The position numbers were made by a program, and so were the translations under genes. From assembly GCF_006345805.1 (NCBI RefSeq), contig NW_021834402.1:1-64000 (forward strand): a stretch of DNA of 64,000 nucleotides, read 5' to 3'. The notes below the pieces were generated by a model, which saw nothing but the letters and a program-made list of their open reading frames with translations, did no database searches and was not told the origin of the DNA. Of this stretch, positions 40,239 to 53,582 are shown piece after piece. Positions within the stretch are counted from its first letter, which is position 1. The number at the start of each line of letters is the position of its first letter. This DNA comes from Octopus sinensis (lineage: Eukaryota).

Positions 40239-40692
40239 ACATGAGATAGTATATTCAATAAAACATACCCATCAATTGGAGGTATGGGGATCAATTTGAT
40301 ATTAATATATTCGTGAGTATTTCACTCTCTAATTTGGCCGATCGCTAGTAGAGGCATTAGAAAATGGTTAAATTTATAGTCTTTTGTTATTTTACCTGTT
40401 TCACTTGACTGTTGCCAGGCTGAATCTAAGTTACGGGGACGTAAACATACTAACACCGATTATCCAGTTGTGTTTCGTAAAGCTGCTGCAACGATTTCTA
40501 CAGTTATGTGCATAAATTAGATGGAAATTATAACAAAAAAAAAACTGATTTATTTCGGCTTCCGTCTATTAAATCAACTTTCGGGGGTTTGGACAGCCTG
40601 AGGCTGTAGTAGAAGACACTTGCCCAAGGTGTCTCGCAGTGGAACTGAACCCGGAACCATACGGTTGGGAAGCAAGTTTCTTAATACACAGA

Positions 40693-41352
40693 CGTAGGAG
40701 TGGATGTGTGGTAAGTAGCTTGCTTACCAACCACATGGTTCCGGGTTCAGTCCCACTGCGTGGCACTTTGGGCATGTGTCTTCTACTATAGCCTCGGGCC
40801 GACCAAAACCTTGTGAGTGGATTTGGTAGACGGAAACTGAAAGAAGCCCGACGTATATATATGTGTATATATATTATATTAAATTTGAGATAAAACACTA
40901 TTAGGCAAATCAGACAATGAAAAACATAAGCCAATACATAAAATTAATTAATTTATATTATTTTAAATATATATCAAAAGTATTAAAAGTTTAATAAAAG
41001 ATAATGAGTAAAACACTACGATCGTTTCATGGCTGTCCAATTCGTAATAATTCGAGTTATGGTTACAGTCAATCTTCAGGTAATTGAAATATTTATCTTA
41101 GCGAGGTTTGGGTTAACAATGTATATATATGTACGTGTGTATATATGCTTGTGTTTATTCCCCCAACATCACTTGACAACAGATGCTGGTGTATTTACAT
41201 CTCCGTAACTTAGCGGTTCCGCAAAACAGACCGATAGAATAAGTACTGGGCTTACAAAGAATAAGTCCTGGGGTCGATTTGCTCGACTAAAGGTGGTGCT
41301 CCAGCATGGCCACAGTCAAATGACTGAAACAAGTAAAAGTGTAAAGAGTAAA
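40693..41352 (+). mobile_element. SINE-A with a ~240-bp insertion in its internal microsatellite; an antisense SINE-A head abuts at 40596-40690
   Basis: Head 40693-40860, unrelated AT-rich insert ~40880-41115, tail 41130-41352. Confidence 0.85.
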
Positions 41353-42205
41353 GCGAGCCACGCCCACAAGTGAAACAATGTAGGGTGTAGTACGCTACTG
41401 AATTTAAAAAGTTGCATCAATTCTAAGCAAACATGCGAGTCAATGGATTTCAGCGATGATATCTCCGGTTTTGTTTCATTTTTCTTGATGGCGGGTGACT
41501 TATTGGCCAGAATGTTCCACTCACTGTCGTAAGTTCATCAATTCATGATACTCCTGTCCCCTCTGCTGCAAATAAGTTGTAACTATAACTGCAAAGTTAA
41601 CCCTTCGATATATCAGCTCCCCGTTCAGGAACGAATGTATCCTCAGTCACAAAGGTCATCGAAACCAAGATAAGATTCAGCCTTCTGGGTCCCAGGTCAC
41701 ACGATAAAGCTATCTCTAAATCTCTATTGTTCCAGTTTCATAAATATGAACATGTTTTGTTTACAAATTATAAAGGACAAATTCATTATCTCATAACCGG
41801 CGCCATCATTTACTTTGTACAATGTTATAACTTCTTCCCTTCTGTTAATCTCATGCTACAATTGTTTGATGTTTCTTCTTAAACTTTTGTTCACTAATTT
41901 TTTTCTTATTAATTCATGATATACATACGCTGTACTCTAGAATTGATAGGCGAAAGTCTATTTCAACTAAACTGCAGGTCTTTAGCTAAACACAACAAGC
42001 TAATAAGGAAATCAGTAATTTTAAATCATTCCATATTAAAACGGACTGAATTGCATTCATCGTCAAAAGACATATGATAGAATACGTCATAGATTAAAAG
42101 ATGCAAACCAAAAAAGTTAATTTTCTCCTTTAGTCTTAAGACCCTTGTCGAAGTGGTGTTTCATTTATATCTAAATACATATCTTACTCTACAAAGAGAC
42201 AGACT

Positions 42206-42505
42206 GGCACTCCTTCGCTTACGACGACGCGGGTTCCTGTTGATCTAATCAGCAGAACAGCTTGCTCGTGTGATTAACGTGCAAATGGCTGAGCACTCCA
42301 CAGACACGGTTACCCATAACGTAGTTCTCAGGGAAATTCAGCGTGACGCAGATTGTGATAAGGCTGGCTCCTTGAAATACAGGTACTAATCAGTTTTGCC
42401 AGCTGAGTGGACTGGAGCAACGTGAAATAAAGTGTCTTACTCACAGCTACAACGCCCTGCCAGGAATCGAACTCACGACACGAATACCTTAACGATAAAG
42501 CCACG
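42206..42505 (-). mobile_element. SINE-C (C1 variant)
   Basis: Shares ccagtccactcagctggcaaaa and the tail gtggagtgctcagcc...gagtgcc with other copies. Confidence 0.8.
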
Positions 42506-42749
42506 TTCCTTCACAAAGGGGCAAATACTAAACTTAAAACTTCCGTGGAAGATGTATTTTCAGTTTCCTTCTAAAGAAATACTAAATATGTTTCCTCCTT
42601 TCCCCCCGATCCTGAACTCAGCACTGATTACTTTTAACTTCTTACCCGGACTATATTATGGGTGGCTGAGAAGAATATTGCTTCACCATTTAAATATTTT
42701 CAGTTCTCTTCTGAATTTCGTCATCAGCCAGATGCCCTCCCTCTGACCT

Positions 42750-43200
42750 GGATTTGGCTTGCTAAAACTCTTCCATTGGTTTGCTTTGTGCTGCCCTACT
42801 TACAGTCTGCAAGGCTCTTGTTTCTAGCCCCTTCTTTAATACCGTCAGCCCACAATCATCTTTCATGGACTCTTCCTCTTTCCACTCCACACTATTTGTC
42901 AGGATGAATTTTAGCACTAACCCATGTCGCATTTTATGATCAAAATATAGTTTTGTAAACCGAACCTCGACAACTATCTTTGAGCTTTCAGCTTTTCTAT
43001 TTTTGTAACGTTTATTATTACCTTGTCTCTTGAATATGCGAAAGATTCGCATCTCTAAGGCTTCTATTTTCTCCTTCAATGCTGTTTACATAGTCCAAGT
43101 TTCTATTTCTTAGAGGAAAATTGATATAATATAACAATTTACAAGGCTGCAACGTTATTCAATTATCTTTCTTATAAATGCTGCTTTAACCATAATTATT
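42750..43200 (-). pseudogene. Degenerate RTE-clade LINE ORF C-terminal fragment
   Basis: gaaacttggactatg (ETWTM) followed by KIEALEMRIFR ... LYFDHKMRH..LKFILTNSVEWK, resembling the RTE motif ETWT..KIEAFEM..R / YFGHIMRH..IL.G.VEGKR. Confidence 0.55.
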
Positions 43201-43869
43201 CTTTGACTAATATCTACACAGTGGACTCCCTGACGATATTCGCTAAACATTTCCCCCCCAATTTCATTTTGCCCTTGTACTCAGCACCTTTTTAATCTTA
43301 AACTGCTCCCACTGCTTACACTTACCCACTCTAGTATTGAAGGCTTGGTAGAATACTGTATCAATAGTTAAGCATATAACCTATGCGAACAAAATATTAC
43401 ATGTTGACATATAACTTCCTTTATGGAGCTACATCAATAAGCCTAGAAAATGTACTCTCCATTATAAATGTTTAAACGACATATAAAAGAATTAGGAGTA
43501 GTGAGAAATAAATTTATCAGTAGTAAACTAACCAGTTAAAATATCAATGACATAAAATAACCTCTGGAAAATAAAGAGAAAAAGTGTATCATATTTATGT
43601 AACAAGCTAATTGGGAAGTCTTTCATAATGGCATGTTGTACATGAAAAAGCACAAATGTCAGCAACAAAACAAAATTTTAATGTTAAACGTAACTCAAAT
43701 TTATATGGAGATACACAAGTATAGCATCAAAATTAAGAGAGAATTTAATATAAATAGTTAAATGGTTATTGTTATTGTTTTTCTCTCTCAAATATATTTA
43801 TGTATATTCGAATCACACTCGTTTTGAAAGCAGTTTGATGAAGGATAACGTATGTTTAATATATGTACA

Positions 43870-44130
<261 letters not shown>

Positions 44131-44363
44131 ATATTCTAATACATTTCACATTTGATGTGATGTTTCACGTTTATAGGCATTCACATCTAGAAACAAAAGT
44201 GTATGGCCATTTCGATTTAGTTTGAATGCAATTCAGCATAAAATATACTGAATACTGTTAAGTGAAGTGGAAAAACATTATTTATTCAAATCAAAGCTGT
44301 GTATGTATCCGTGTGAGTCGATACTCGGAATTTCAAGTTACCAGTTTTTAAGAGAGTAATACA

Positions 44364-44410
<47 letters not shown>

Positions 44411-44952
44411 CACACACACATATATATGTTATACTCATACACACATGCACGTATATGTATGCACCGAAAATTTTTTGTGGTTTTGTGGAGATGAAATATA
44501 TTTCGAATAATTTAGATTTTGCGGGTATAATTTCCATCTGATTTATACACAGAATTGTAGAAATAGTTGCAGCAGTTTTATGGAACATAGCTAAAAAGTA
44601 CACAGCTGCTGCTGCTGCTGCTACTGCTGCTCATGCTGCTGTTACTTTTAATGCTAAAACTTGTAGGATCTATCAAAGCGTTCTGCTAATCACGATGTGT
44701 GTTTAAATGAAACGTTTTGAAAAGAATAAAAAAACAAATATGTTGGTGAGCTCGTTTGATATTCTTGTATGCTGAAGTCAAACAGGCAGACATAGAGAAA
44801 CTCAATGAGATTTTTTTGTTTTCAAAAAAGGGAACAGGAAAGAAGCGGAAACAACTGTTAATGAAGGAAGACAACAGCTGTCAGATAAAGGAGAAAACAT
44901 AAGTGCAAAGAGCAACGCATAACATTTATTATATTGTTACTAACCCTAAATT

Positions 44953-45335
44953 GCGAGGTGGCAGAATCGCTGGGACGCCAGGCGAAATGCTCAGCGGTAT
45001 TTCGTCTGCCGTTACGTTCTGAGTTCAAATTCCGCTGAGGTCGACTTTGCCTCTCATCTTTTCGGGGTCGATAAAATAAGTACCAGTTACGCACTGGGGT
45101 CGATATAATCGACTTATTCCGTTTGTCTGTCCTTGTTTGTTCCCTCTGTGTTTAGCCCCTTGTGTGTAGTATAGAAATAGGTATCTCGTTCTGAGTTCAA
45201 ATTCCGCTAAGGTTGACTCTGCCTTTCATCCTTTCGGGGTCGATAAATTAAGTATCAGTTGAGTACTGGGATCGATGTAATCAACTTGCCACTTCCGCTA
45301 AAGTTTCAGGCCTTGTGCCTATAGTAGAAAAGAAT
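44953..45335 (+). mobile_element. SINE-B dimer: B1-tailed body followed by B2-tailed body
   Basis: Junction agaaatag|gtatctcgttctgag at 45180/45181. The second body ends ggccttgtgcctatagtagaaaag. A further degenerate B2 copy follows to ~45515. Confidence 0.8.
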
Positions 45336-45634
45336 CGTTAGTACGCTGGTCATATACTTTGCGGCATGTCATCCGTTTTTACGTTCTGTATTAAAATTCC
45401 GCCGAGGACTGCTTTGTGTTTCATCTTTCGAGGTCGATAAATTAAGTACCAGTTGAGCACTGAAGTCACTGTAATCGACTTATCCCCTCCTGCGAAATTA
45501 CTAGCTTTGTGTCAAAAATTTGAGACCACATTTGTTACTAACCCTATGCGTTATTTTAAATCAAAGCTAAACACTAACATCAAAGTTTTTCCTGTCATTA
45601 ACACCGTAAAAAATATGTTATGAAACTATATGAA

Positions 45635-45979
45635 ATAATAGCACTCAGAGAGCGCAAACCTCCGCCAAATCAACAGCAACGTCTTCTCAACGGTTAGCCA
45701 GAGATGATTTTCAAAATGAGAATATTTAAAATGAACCCAACCGCTCTTAAAAATGAAGTAAAAACACCAGAAAAATAATCCAAAATCCTTGTCCAGAACC
45801 GGATCGATCCCAAAACTCTTATCAGTTCGTGCTAGTCACGAGGCCAAACATCCCCGAAAGTTTCATCCGAATCCCCATCGAGTGGTTCTCGAGATATCTC
45901 TTCCACAGACAAACAACCAAACAAACAAACAAATACGACTAAAAATAATACCTCCCCCGTCGCTAAGGCGGACGTAATA
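45635..45979 (+). mobile_element. HINE/DINE-like (Helentron-associated) non-autonomous element
   Basis: 5' acctccgcc and 3' ggcggacgt subterminal inverted motif, (ACAA)n near the 3' end and 3' hairpin ccgtcgctaaggcgg. Confidence 0.55.
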
Positions 45980-46597
45980 ACGCAACGAAATAATTTTCAT
46001 AAAATATGGAATATCTAGGGGGTCTACTAACATTTATACCTATAGTTGTGACTGTAAAATATCAGTGCAATTTTTGGGGCCAACGATCGCTGCTTTCTGC
46101 ACAACCAATACCATCTGATAATACTTGGAATTTAATATCAATCTCAATGTAATCGCTTGGTATCATAACACATTCATTTTCAAAGATATTTTTAAAGAAC
46201 ATCTGTATTTCTTCAGCATAAAATATATTAACATTTTTTTTTCATACGATAAAAAAAGAAACACACATACACACACACAAAGGCATACGCTATAATGTGC
46301 CACCCCGCGGCAAACAGATGCGTAAGAGTAACGTGTGCATATCTCCAGCTGAAGTTACAAAAGTGTACAAGAATTCGGGTAGATGACGTTATATTTGATT
46401 TGGTGTAATTAATGAGATACGTGAAGAGCAGGATTTGTGTAGCCTGATGGGATTTAAATAACACTGAAATACATACATACATTTCTCCTCCCCCTCTCTC
46501 TCTCAATAATTTGCTTTCTCTCTCTCTCTCTCTGCCTGTACATACATAAATACTTACATACATATATACATACATATCTACATATACATTTTTGTAC

Positions 46598-46672
<75 letters not shown>

Positions 46673-46938
46673 AACTTACTTGGAGAAGAGAAAAGAGACA
46701 TATACATATATATATATGTATTCATATATATATATATACATATATACATACATGAGAATAATCATAAATATATGTGTATGAGTATGTATATATATATATT
46801 CGTGTGTGTGTGTGTGTATACATATATATATATATATATATCTACATACATATATATGTATGTATGTATATACCGATATATACATTTATATACGCACACA
46901 CACATATATATACATACATACATACATAATATATATAT

Positions 46939-46991
<53 letters not shown>

Positions 46992-47315
46992 GCATATATA
47001 TAGAGAGAGAAAGAGTGAGCTGTATAGATATAGATATAGGTATATATACATACTTTGACACGAAAAGCTGCAGAGGTCGAATATATCGTACAGAGTATTA
47101 GTAGTGGAGGAAATAGATGCTGAATCTGGTATTAAGAGCTGAAATTTCTATAGATTTGGAACCATTCCAGCAATCCATGTCGCATCGGAAGTCAAAGCAT
47201 TCATACATTTCTTTGCGTGAATAATTTCTTTCATAACATTTCTTTGCTTTGAAAGAAGAAAAAATATATATATCAGGAAAAAAAAATTCATGAATATGTG
47301 ATACAAATTTATGTG

Positions 47316-47380
<65 letters not shown>

Positions 47381-47827
47381 TGTATGCATGTGTGTGCGCG
47401 TGAAGGTATGTATACATATGTATATATAATATATTAAATATATATATATGTGTGTATGCATGTGTGTGCGCGTGAAGATATGTATACATGTGTGTGCATA
47501 TATAATATGTTAAATATATATATATGTGTGTGTGTGCATATAAATTGTATATATACATATATACATATGCATATATACATTCATACGTGCGTACATATGA
47601 GTATGTATATATAAACATTTAGTGTGGGTAGTGCGCGTAGGTGCGTAAGACGTAATAAATTCTCACATTCACACACACATACCGCACACACACACAAACA
47701 CACACACATATATATATATAATGATTAGATATAAATATAGCTATAGGTATACACATTATATATGTATGTAACCAACTGTATGTGCATAGTACATAATATA
47801 TATATCCACCCTCTCTCTATCTCTCTG

Positions 47828-47863
<36 letters not shown>

Positions 47864-48659
47864 CATACATATAACCATATATACATACACACATATATTA
47901 TATATATATATATTTACATACACATATATGTATGTGCGTATATATATATATATATATACATACATATATATATATATTACACACACACATGCACACAAAT
48001 ACTCGCATATTGGCATACCGTCTTTGTAGACATACGGAAGACCCACATACAAGCGCTCACTTATATATGTTCTTGTTCATAGTATTCCATAACTGAAAGT
48101 TTCCTAAGCCTTCTAATAAAACATCTTTTCCATTTCTTTCTATTTTAGCAAGCAGAGGATTTCAACTAGTAAGTGAACGTTTCATTATCTATATACTCTT
48201 AATTATCGTTTTTAGATATTGTGTTTCTTCCCTTTTGTCGTTCCATAATTTTCTTGTTTGGATTTTATCGGTTTTGTTTTTTCACCAAATTTATACTAAT
48301 GTAACATTTTAAAATTGCAACAACTGCCTCGCTTGTCACTCATTATTGAATTTAGCACATTCTTTCTTAACAAATACGATGTTAATATTTGCAGCCGGAA
48401 TTTTTAGAAATATATAAAAAAGAAAAAGAATAAGTATCAGAAAATGTTAAGGCTGTGGAACATCTTGAGCAAGTGCGCTCTCCGATAGCCAGGTGCTTAC
48501 GAATGTCTTGTGGGTGAAATTGGTCAACGGAAACATTTTCCAATCTTTGATGCGATATATATAAAAAAAACATACACACACGCGCGCGTGCACTCACACA
48601 CATGTGTATGTATAGAAGGCACATATGAGGGGTGTAAGAAAGTTTTGCGCCTTCAAGGC

Positions 48660-48835
48660 CTTCAAAAGGGCCAGCCTTGTCATACACTGTTTCACGCTGA
48701 ACTTCTCAGAGAACTACATTAAGGTTACACGTGTCTGTGGAGTACTCAGCCACTTGAACGTTAATTTCACGAGCAAGCTGTTCCGTTGATCGCATCGGCT
48801 GGGACCCCGTCGTTGCAACCGACGGAGAGCTCCAG
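48660..48835 (+). mobile_element. SINE-C 3' domain
   Basis: gggccagccttgtca...gtggagtactcagccacttgaacgttaatttcacgagc...ccgacggag. Confidence 0.75.
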
Positions 48836-48907
48836 ATTTTAGTCGAAGAAATCGATCTCTGGCCTCATTCTTTGTTAGCCGGGTACTTATTCTATCGTTC
48901 TTTTATA

Positions 48908-49139
48908 CGGCGGCGAGCTGGCAGAATCGTTAGCACGCCGGGCGAAATGCATAGGCGTATTTCGTCTGCCGTTACGTTCTGAGTTCAAATTCCACCGACG
49001 TCGACTTTGCTTTTCATCCTTTCGAGGTCGATAAATTAAGTACCAGTTACGCACTGGGGTCGATATAATCGACTTATTCCGTTTGTCTGTCCTTGTTTGT
49101 TCCCTCTGTGTTTAGCCCCTTGTGTGTAGAAAAGAAATA
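48908..49139 (+). mobile_element. SINE-B monomer inserted in an antisense SINE-A remnant
   Basis: Full head to tail. 17-bp direct repeat tattctatcgttctttt at 48888-48904 and 49140-49156. Confidence 0.9.
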
Positions 49140-49789
49140 TATTCTATCGTTCTTTTCTTTCGAACTGACAGGTTTACGGGATGACAACACACCAACATCG
49201 GTTGTCAAGCAATGGTGGGATGTGTGTTTGTGTGTGTGTGTGTGTACGTAAGTGTCGAAAAATAAAACTGAATCCTTGACGCTGCATTTGTGAATAAAAT
49301 TTCCTTCTTTATGTATTAAGGCAATCATTGGTTTCCTGTTAAGAAAAATATCATAATATTTCAACAAATTTTGAAGCCGATCAAAAGGAGGAATGGTGTT
49401 CCTATCCAATTTGGAGTCTTGTCGAACAGTAATTTTTCAAATAGACTAAACATCCAAAAATGCAATCCTAGATACCACAAATCTGAAGCAGAGAAGACAC
49501 GAAACAAAGGCCTGGCGCTCACTTCTATAAGACTTTTGGTCATATGTCCGATCGATCATTGAACATCAGGGACTGAATCACAAAAGATGTACCGATCTCC
49601 ATATTTCCGTTGTATCTTTAACAGAAAGACGGAAGTGTAGCGGTGGCGTTATGGTATACGGCATATCTAGGGAAATTTTAGAATTAAACGGGACCCTTCC
49701 CTGTCAAGGTATGAAGACAACCGATCTGTCCATGAATAATTTGATAAGAAAAAGATAAAGATGAAGGAGAAGAAGGAAGATGAAGAAGG

Positions 49790-50149
49790 AAACAAGAAGA
49801 AGAAGAAGAGGAGGAGGAGGAGGAAGAAAAGGACGGAGAGGAAGAAGGAGAAAAAAGAAAAAAAGATGAAGAAAAAGAAGTAACGAAGAAAGGGAAGAAG
49901 AAGAAGAAGGAGGAGGAGGAGGAGAAGAAGAAAAAGTCGATGATGATGATGATGATGATGACGACGACGACGACGACGATGATGATGATGATGGTGGTGG
50001 TGGTGGTGGTGTAATGATGATGATGATGACGACGACGACGATGATGATGATGGTGGTGGTGGTGGTGGTGGTGGTGGTGATGATGATGATGATGACGACG
50101 ACGACGATGATGATAATGATGATGGTGGTGGTGGTGGTGATGGTGGTGG

Positions 50150-50180
<31 letters not shown>
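49790..50180. repeat. Compound trinucleotide microsatellite (GAA/GGA/GAT/GAC/GGT)
   Basis: Direct reading; explains the poly-S/P/H track ORF 49667-50275. Confidence 0.95.
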
Positions 50181-50531
50181 AAATTTGTAATTTTATTTAA
50201 ATATACAGAGAAGATGAAAAGATAAGACTGATGTGAAAAAAGAACTTTAGTCGAGAATCGAAGCGAATACAGCACATCCTTTTATCTTCCGCTCTCACGA
50301 TTTTGTCAAATCGCGTTAATGAAGTAGCTACTGGTGACTCGATGTGCTGATGAACCTTACGTTACTCTTGTATCACAAATTCACTCTCTTAGAAATAATG
50401 GTTTCAAATTCTGGATTAAGGCCCTCAAAGTCCCTGAAAGGATAAAACGTATGTTAGGCCTCGATTGTATCTGAACTCAGAATGAAACGACGGAAGAAAT
50501 AGCGCAAAGCTGCTGCTGATGATGATGATGT

Positions 50532-50580
<49 letters not shown>

Positions 50581-50814
50581 AATAATAATAATAGTAATAA
50601 TAATAATAATAAACACTTAGAATGATGCGGTTATAGTTTCTTTGCACATCTAAAACCTCGCAGGATGGTCATGAATAGAATGTCTTCCACGAAACAACTG
50701 TTACAAACAACTACAACCATAACAACAACAGAAACAACAGAAAGAAAAACAAGGAAGGCAATTAATAATCAAATAATCTCCTTAAATAAAATCCACAACC
50801 ACGACTGTATGCAG

Positions 50815-51300
50815 GCATAGATGTGTAGTAAGAAGGTTGCTTCCCAACCACATGATTCCGGGTTCAGTCCCACTGCGTGGCACTTTAGGCAAGTGTCTTC
50901 TATTATAGCCTGTCATTTGTCTCTTTCTCTCTCTCTTTCTTTCTCTCACACTCCTCTCTTCTTTTCTCGTACATACCCTCGGACCTCACAAAGCCCTGTG
51001 AGAAGATTTCGTTGATGGAAACTGAAAGAAGCCTGTCATATATATATATATGTATGTGTGTGTGTGTGTGAGTGTGTGTGTGTGTGCATGTATTGATGTA
51101 TGTATGTCTGATTGTGTTCGTGCCCCCAGCATGATTTGACACGTGATGCTGGTGCGTATATTTCACCGTAGCTTTTGCGGTTCGCCTAAAGATATCGATG
51201 GAACAAGCGTTGCGTTCAGTCGATTCAGGGGAATGAAAGCTTTCAAGGTGGTGCCCCAGCATGGCCGTAGTTTAATAACTGAAACAAGTATAAGATAAAA
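50815..51300 (+). mobile_element. SINE-A, diverged
   Basis: Head gggttcagtcccactgcgtggcac; tail ccccagcatggccgtagtttaataactgaaacaag. Confidence 0.7.
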
Positions 51301-52184
51301 AGCAGAGGGACATAACCGACTTGAAAGCAACTCAGCCCGCCGTCCAACCAACCAACCCACCAGCCAGCAAACGAACGAACGAACCAGCCAGCCAGCAAGC
51401 CAATCCGCTAGCCAGTCACCAGACCGGCCAACCATCCAGCTAGCCATGAAACCAGCCGACAAACCTACCAACCAGCCATCAGTCATAGCACTTCCACCAT
51501 CTCTTTAACTTTGGAACTGTCCGTCTAAGTTACGTGTGATAATCTTGGCTCTTATATATAATACAACCAGAGGGGCCGAGATGTTTTTGGATTAGATTGA
51601 TAAAGATGACGTTCTAATGAGATCCTAGACGAGGTTAGTTACATCTGTGGCCTCTATGAAAGAACCAGATGCGGCCGCGGGCTAAATAGAAAGTATTATT
51701 TCTGAGTATGGCTTCATAACAAATTAGTCGGTCTTTGTGTGTTTTTGACGAGTGTGTGATTTGATAGTTGTTGTGTATGTCTGTGTGCATGTGTTTGTAT
51801 TTGTGTTTGTGTTTCTTTGTGTTTGTTGTTGTATGTGTGCGTGGGGGGGATGTGGACAGAATGAGGAGAAGGGGAGAGAGTGGGACAAAGAGGGAGAGTG
51901 GAGATAGAGACAGAGAAGCAGAGAGAGTGTGTTTGCGTGCTTGCTAGGAAGGGAGATTGTGAGAGAAAGAGAGATAGAGACAAATGACTGTGAGAGGGCG
52001 GACAGAGAGAGAGAGAGCGAGAGAGATGAGACAAGAGACAGTGAGAGGGTGGAGAGAGAGATGAGGGAGACAGAGACAGGAGGAAGGAGAAGAAAGACAG
52101 AAAGAGACATATATAGAGAGGAGGGAGAATGAAAGAGAGGTGAGAGAATGTGATAGAAAGAAATTGAGAGAGAAAGAGAGAGAG

Positions 52185-52222
52185 AATGGAAAGGAAAGTG
52201 TCTGCTTTGTTGTGTATACGAT

Positions 52223-52258
<36 letters not shown>

Positions 52259-52540
52259 CGAGAGCGAAAGAAAGAGAGATAGAGAGAGCGAGAGAGAGAC
52301 ATATAGACAGACAGACAAATATGGATAGAATGTGAGAGAGAATGAAAAAGAAAATGTCTGCTTTGTAGAGTATACGAGAGAAAGAAAGAAAGAGAGAGAG
52401 AGAGAGAGGGAGGATGGACATATAGAGAGACGGACACATAGATACACATACAGATATACAGAGAGAGAGAGAGAGAGAGAGTGAAAAAGAAAATGTCTGC
52501 TTTGTAGTGTACACGAGAAAGAAAGAGAGAAGCAGACAGA
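52185..52540. repeat. Three-copy ~150-bp minisatellite embedded in (GA)n
   Basis: gaaartgtctgctttgtwgwgtayacga at ~52195, ~52350 and ~52490. Confidence 0.8.
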
Positions 52541-53186
52541 TAGACGACAGATATATAGATAGACAGACTGATACACAGAGAATGTGAGAGGGAAGGCACA
52601 GCTGGGAAGAGAAAGAGGTAGAGAACTAGAGTACGTTTGCGCGAAATAAACACGAAGAGATGAAGAATAATACTTGGAAAGAAAGACCAGTTAAGAACGC
52701 TTAGTGTAGATGTACTTGCATTTCCACACATGACTTCGATTTTTTTATTTTTTGTAGACATTTTTTTCTTACAATTAAAGTTTCATAAATAACATATTTT
52801 CATATATAATATATATTACATATAATTTATATACATTCGTTTGGTTTCTTTTGAAACGTCTATAAATGCGGTAGTCGTAGGTTTTATTCTGATTTGGCGA
52901 ACTGGCAGAATCGTTAGCACGCCGGACGAAATACTAAGCAACATTTAGTCCGTGTTCACTATCTGAGTTCAAATTTCGCCCAGGTCGACTATGACTTTCA
53001 TCCTTTGGCGATCGATAAAATAAGAACCGGTTGAGTACCGGGGTCGATGTAATCGACATACTACCTCCCACAAAATACTGCAAAAATCTGTGCCAAAATC
53101 TGACCAAATTATTTACAGACAAAAAATCACGATGCTTGTCTTCATAACGCATCTGCCAGTCTTACGATTTCAGGAAGTTTAACTAG

Positions 53187-53348
53187 GTGCAGGAGTGGCC
53201 CTGTGGTAATTAGTTTGCGTACCAACCACATGGTTCCGGGTTCAGTTCCACTGCGGGGCACTTTGGGCCAAGTGTTTTCTACTATAGCCTCGGATCGACA
53301 AAAGCCATGTGAGTGGATTCAGTAGATGGAAACTGAAAGAATCCCGTC

Positions 53349-53383
<35 letters not shown>

Positions 53384-53582
53384 CGTGTTTGTGTGTTTGT
53401 GTTTGCCTCCCCCTCCCTAACATCCCGCGTTACGTCCCCGTAATTTACCGTTTCGGAAAAAGAGACCGATAGAATAAGTGCTAGGCTCACAAAGATTAAG
53501 TCCTGGGGTCGATTTCCTCGACTAAAGGCGGTACTCCAGCATGGCCGCAGTCAAATGACTGAAACAAGTAAAAGACTAAGAG
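53187..53582 (+). mobile_element. SINE-A, full length
   Basis: ggtgcaggagtggccctgtggtaa...aaatgactgaaacaagtaaaag. Confidence 0.88.

Noticed and set aside
47379-47535. ~70-bp tandem duplication in TA/TG-rich sequence
   Set aside because: Ordinary slippage duplication within a microsatellite.
49667-50275. 202-aa poly-S/P/H ORF resembling a low-complexity transcription factor
   Set aside because: Compound trinucleotide microsatellite with no flanking domain or splice evidence.
51714-52761. 345-, 266- and 210-aa Ser/Leu-rich ORFs
   Set aside because: Translations of (CT)n/(GA)n microsatellite; no domain content.
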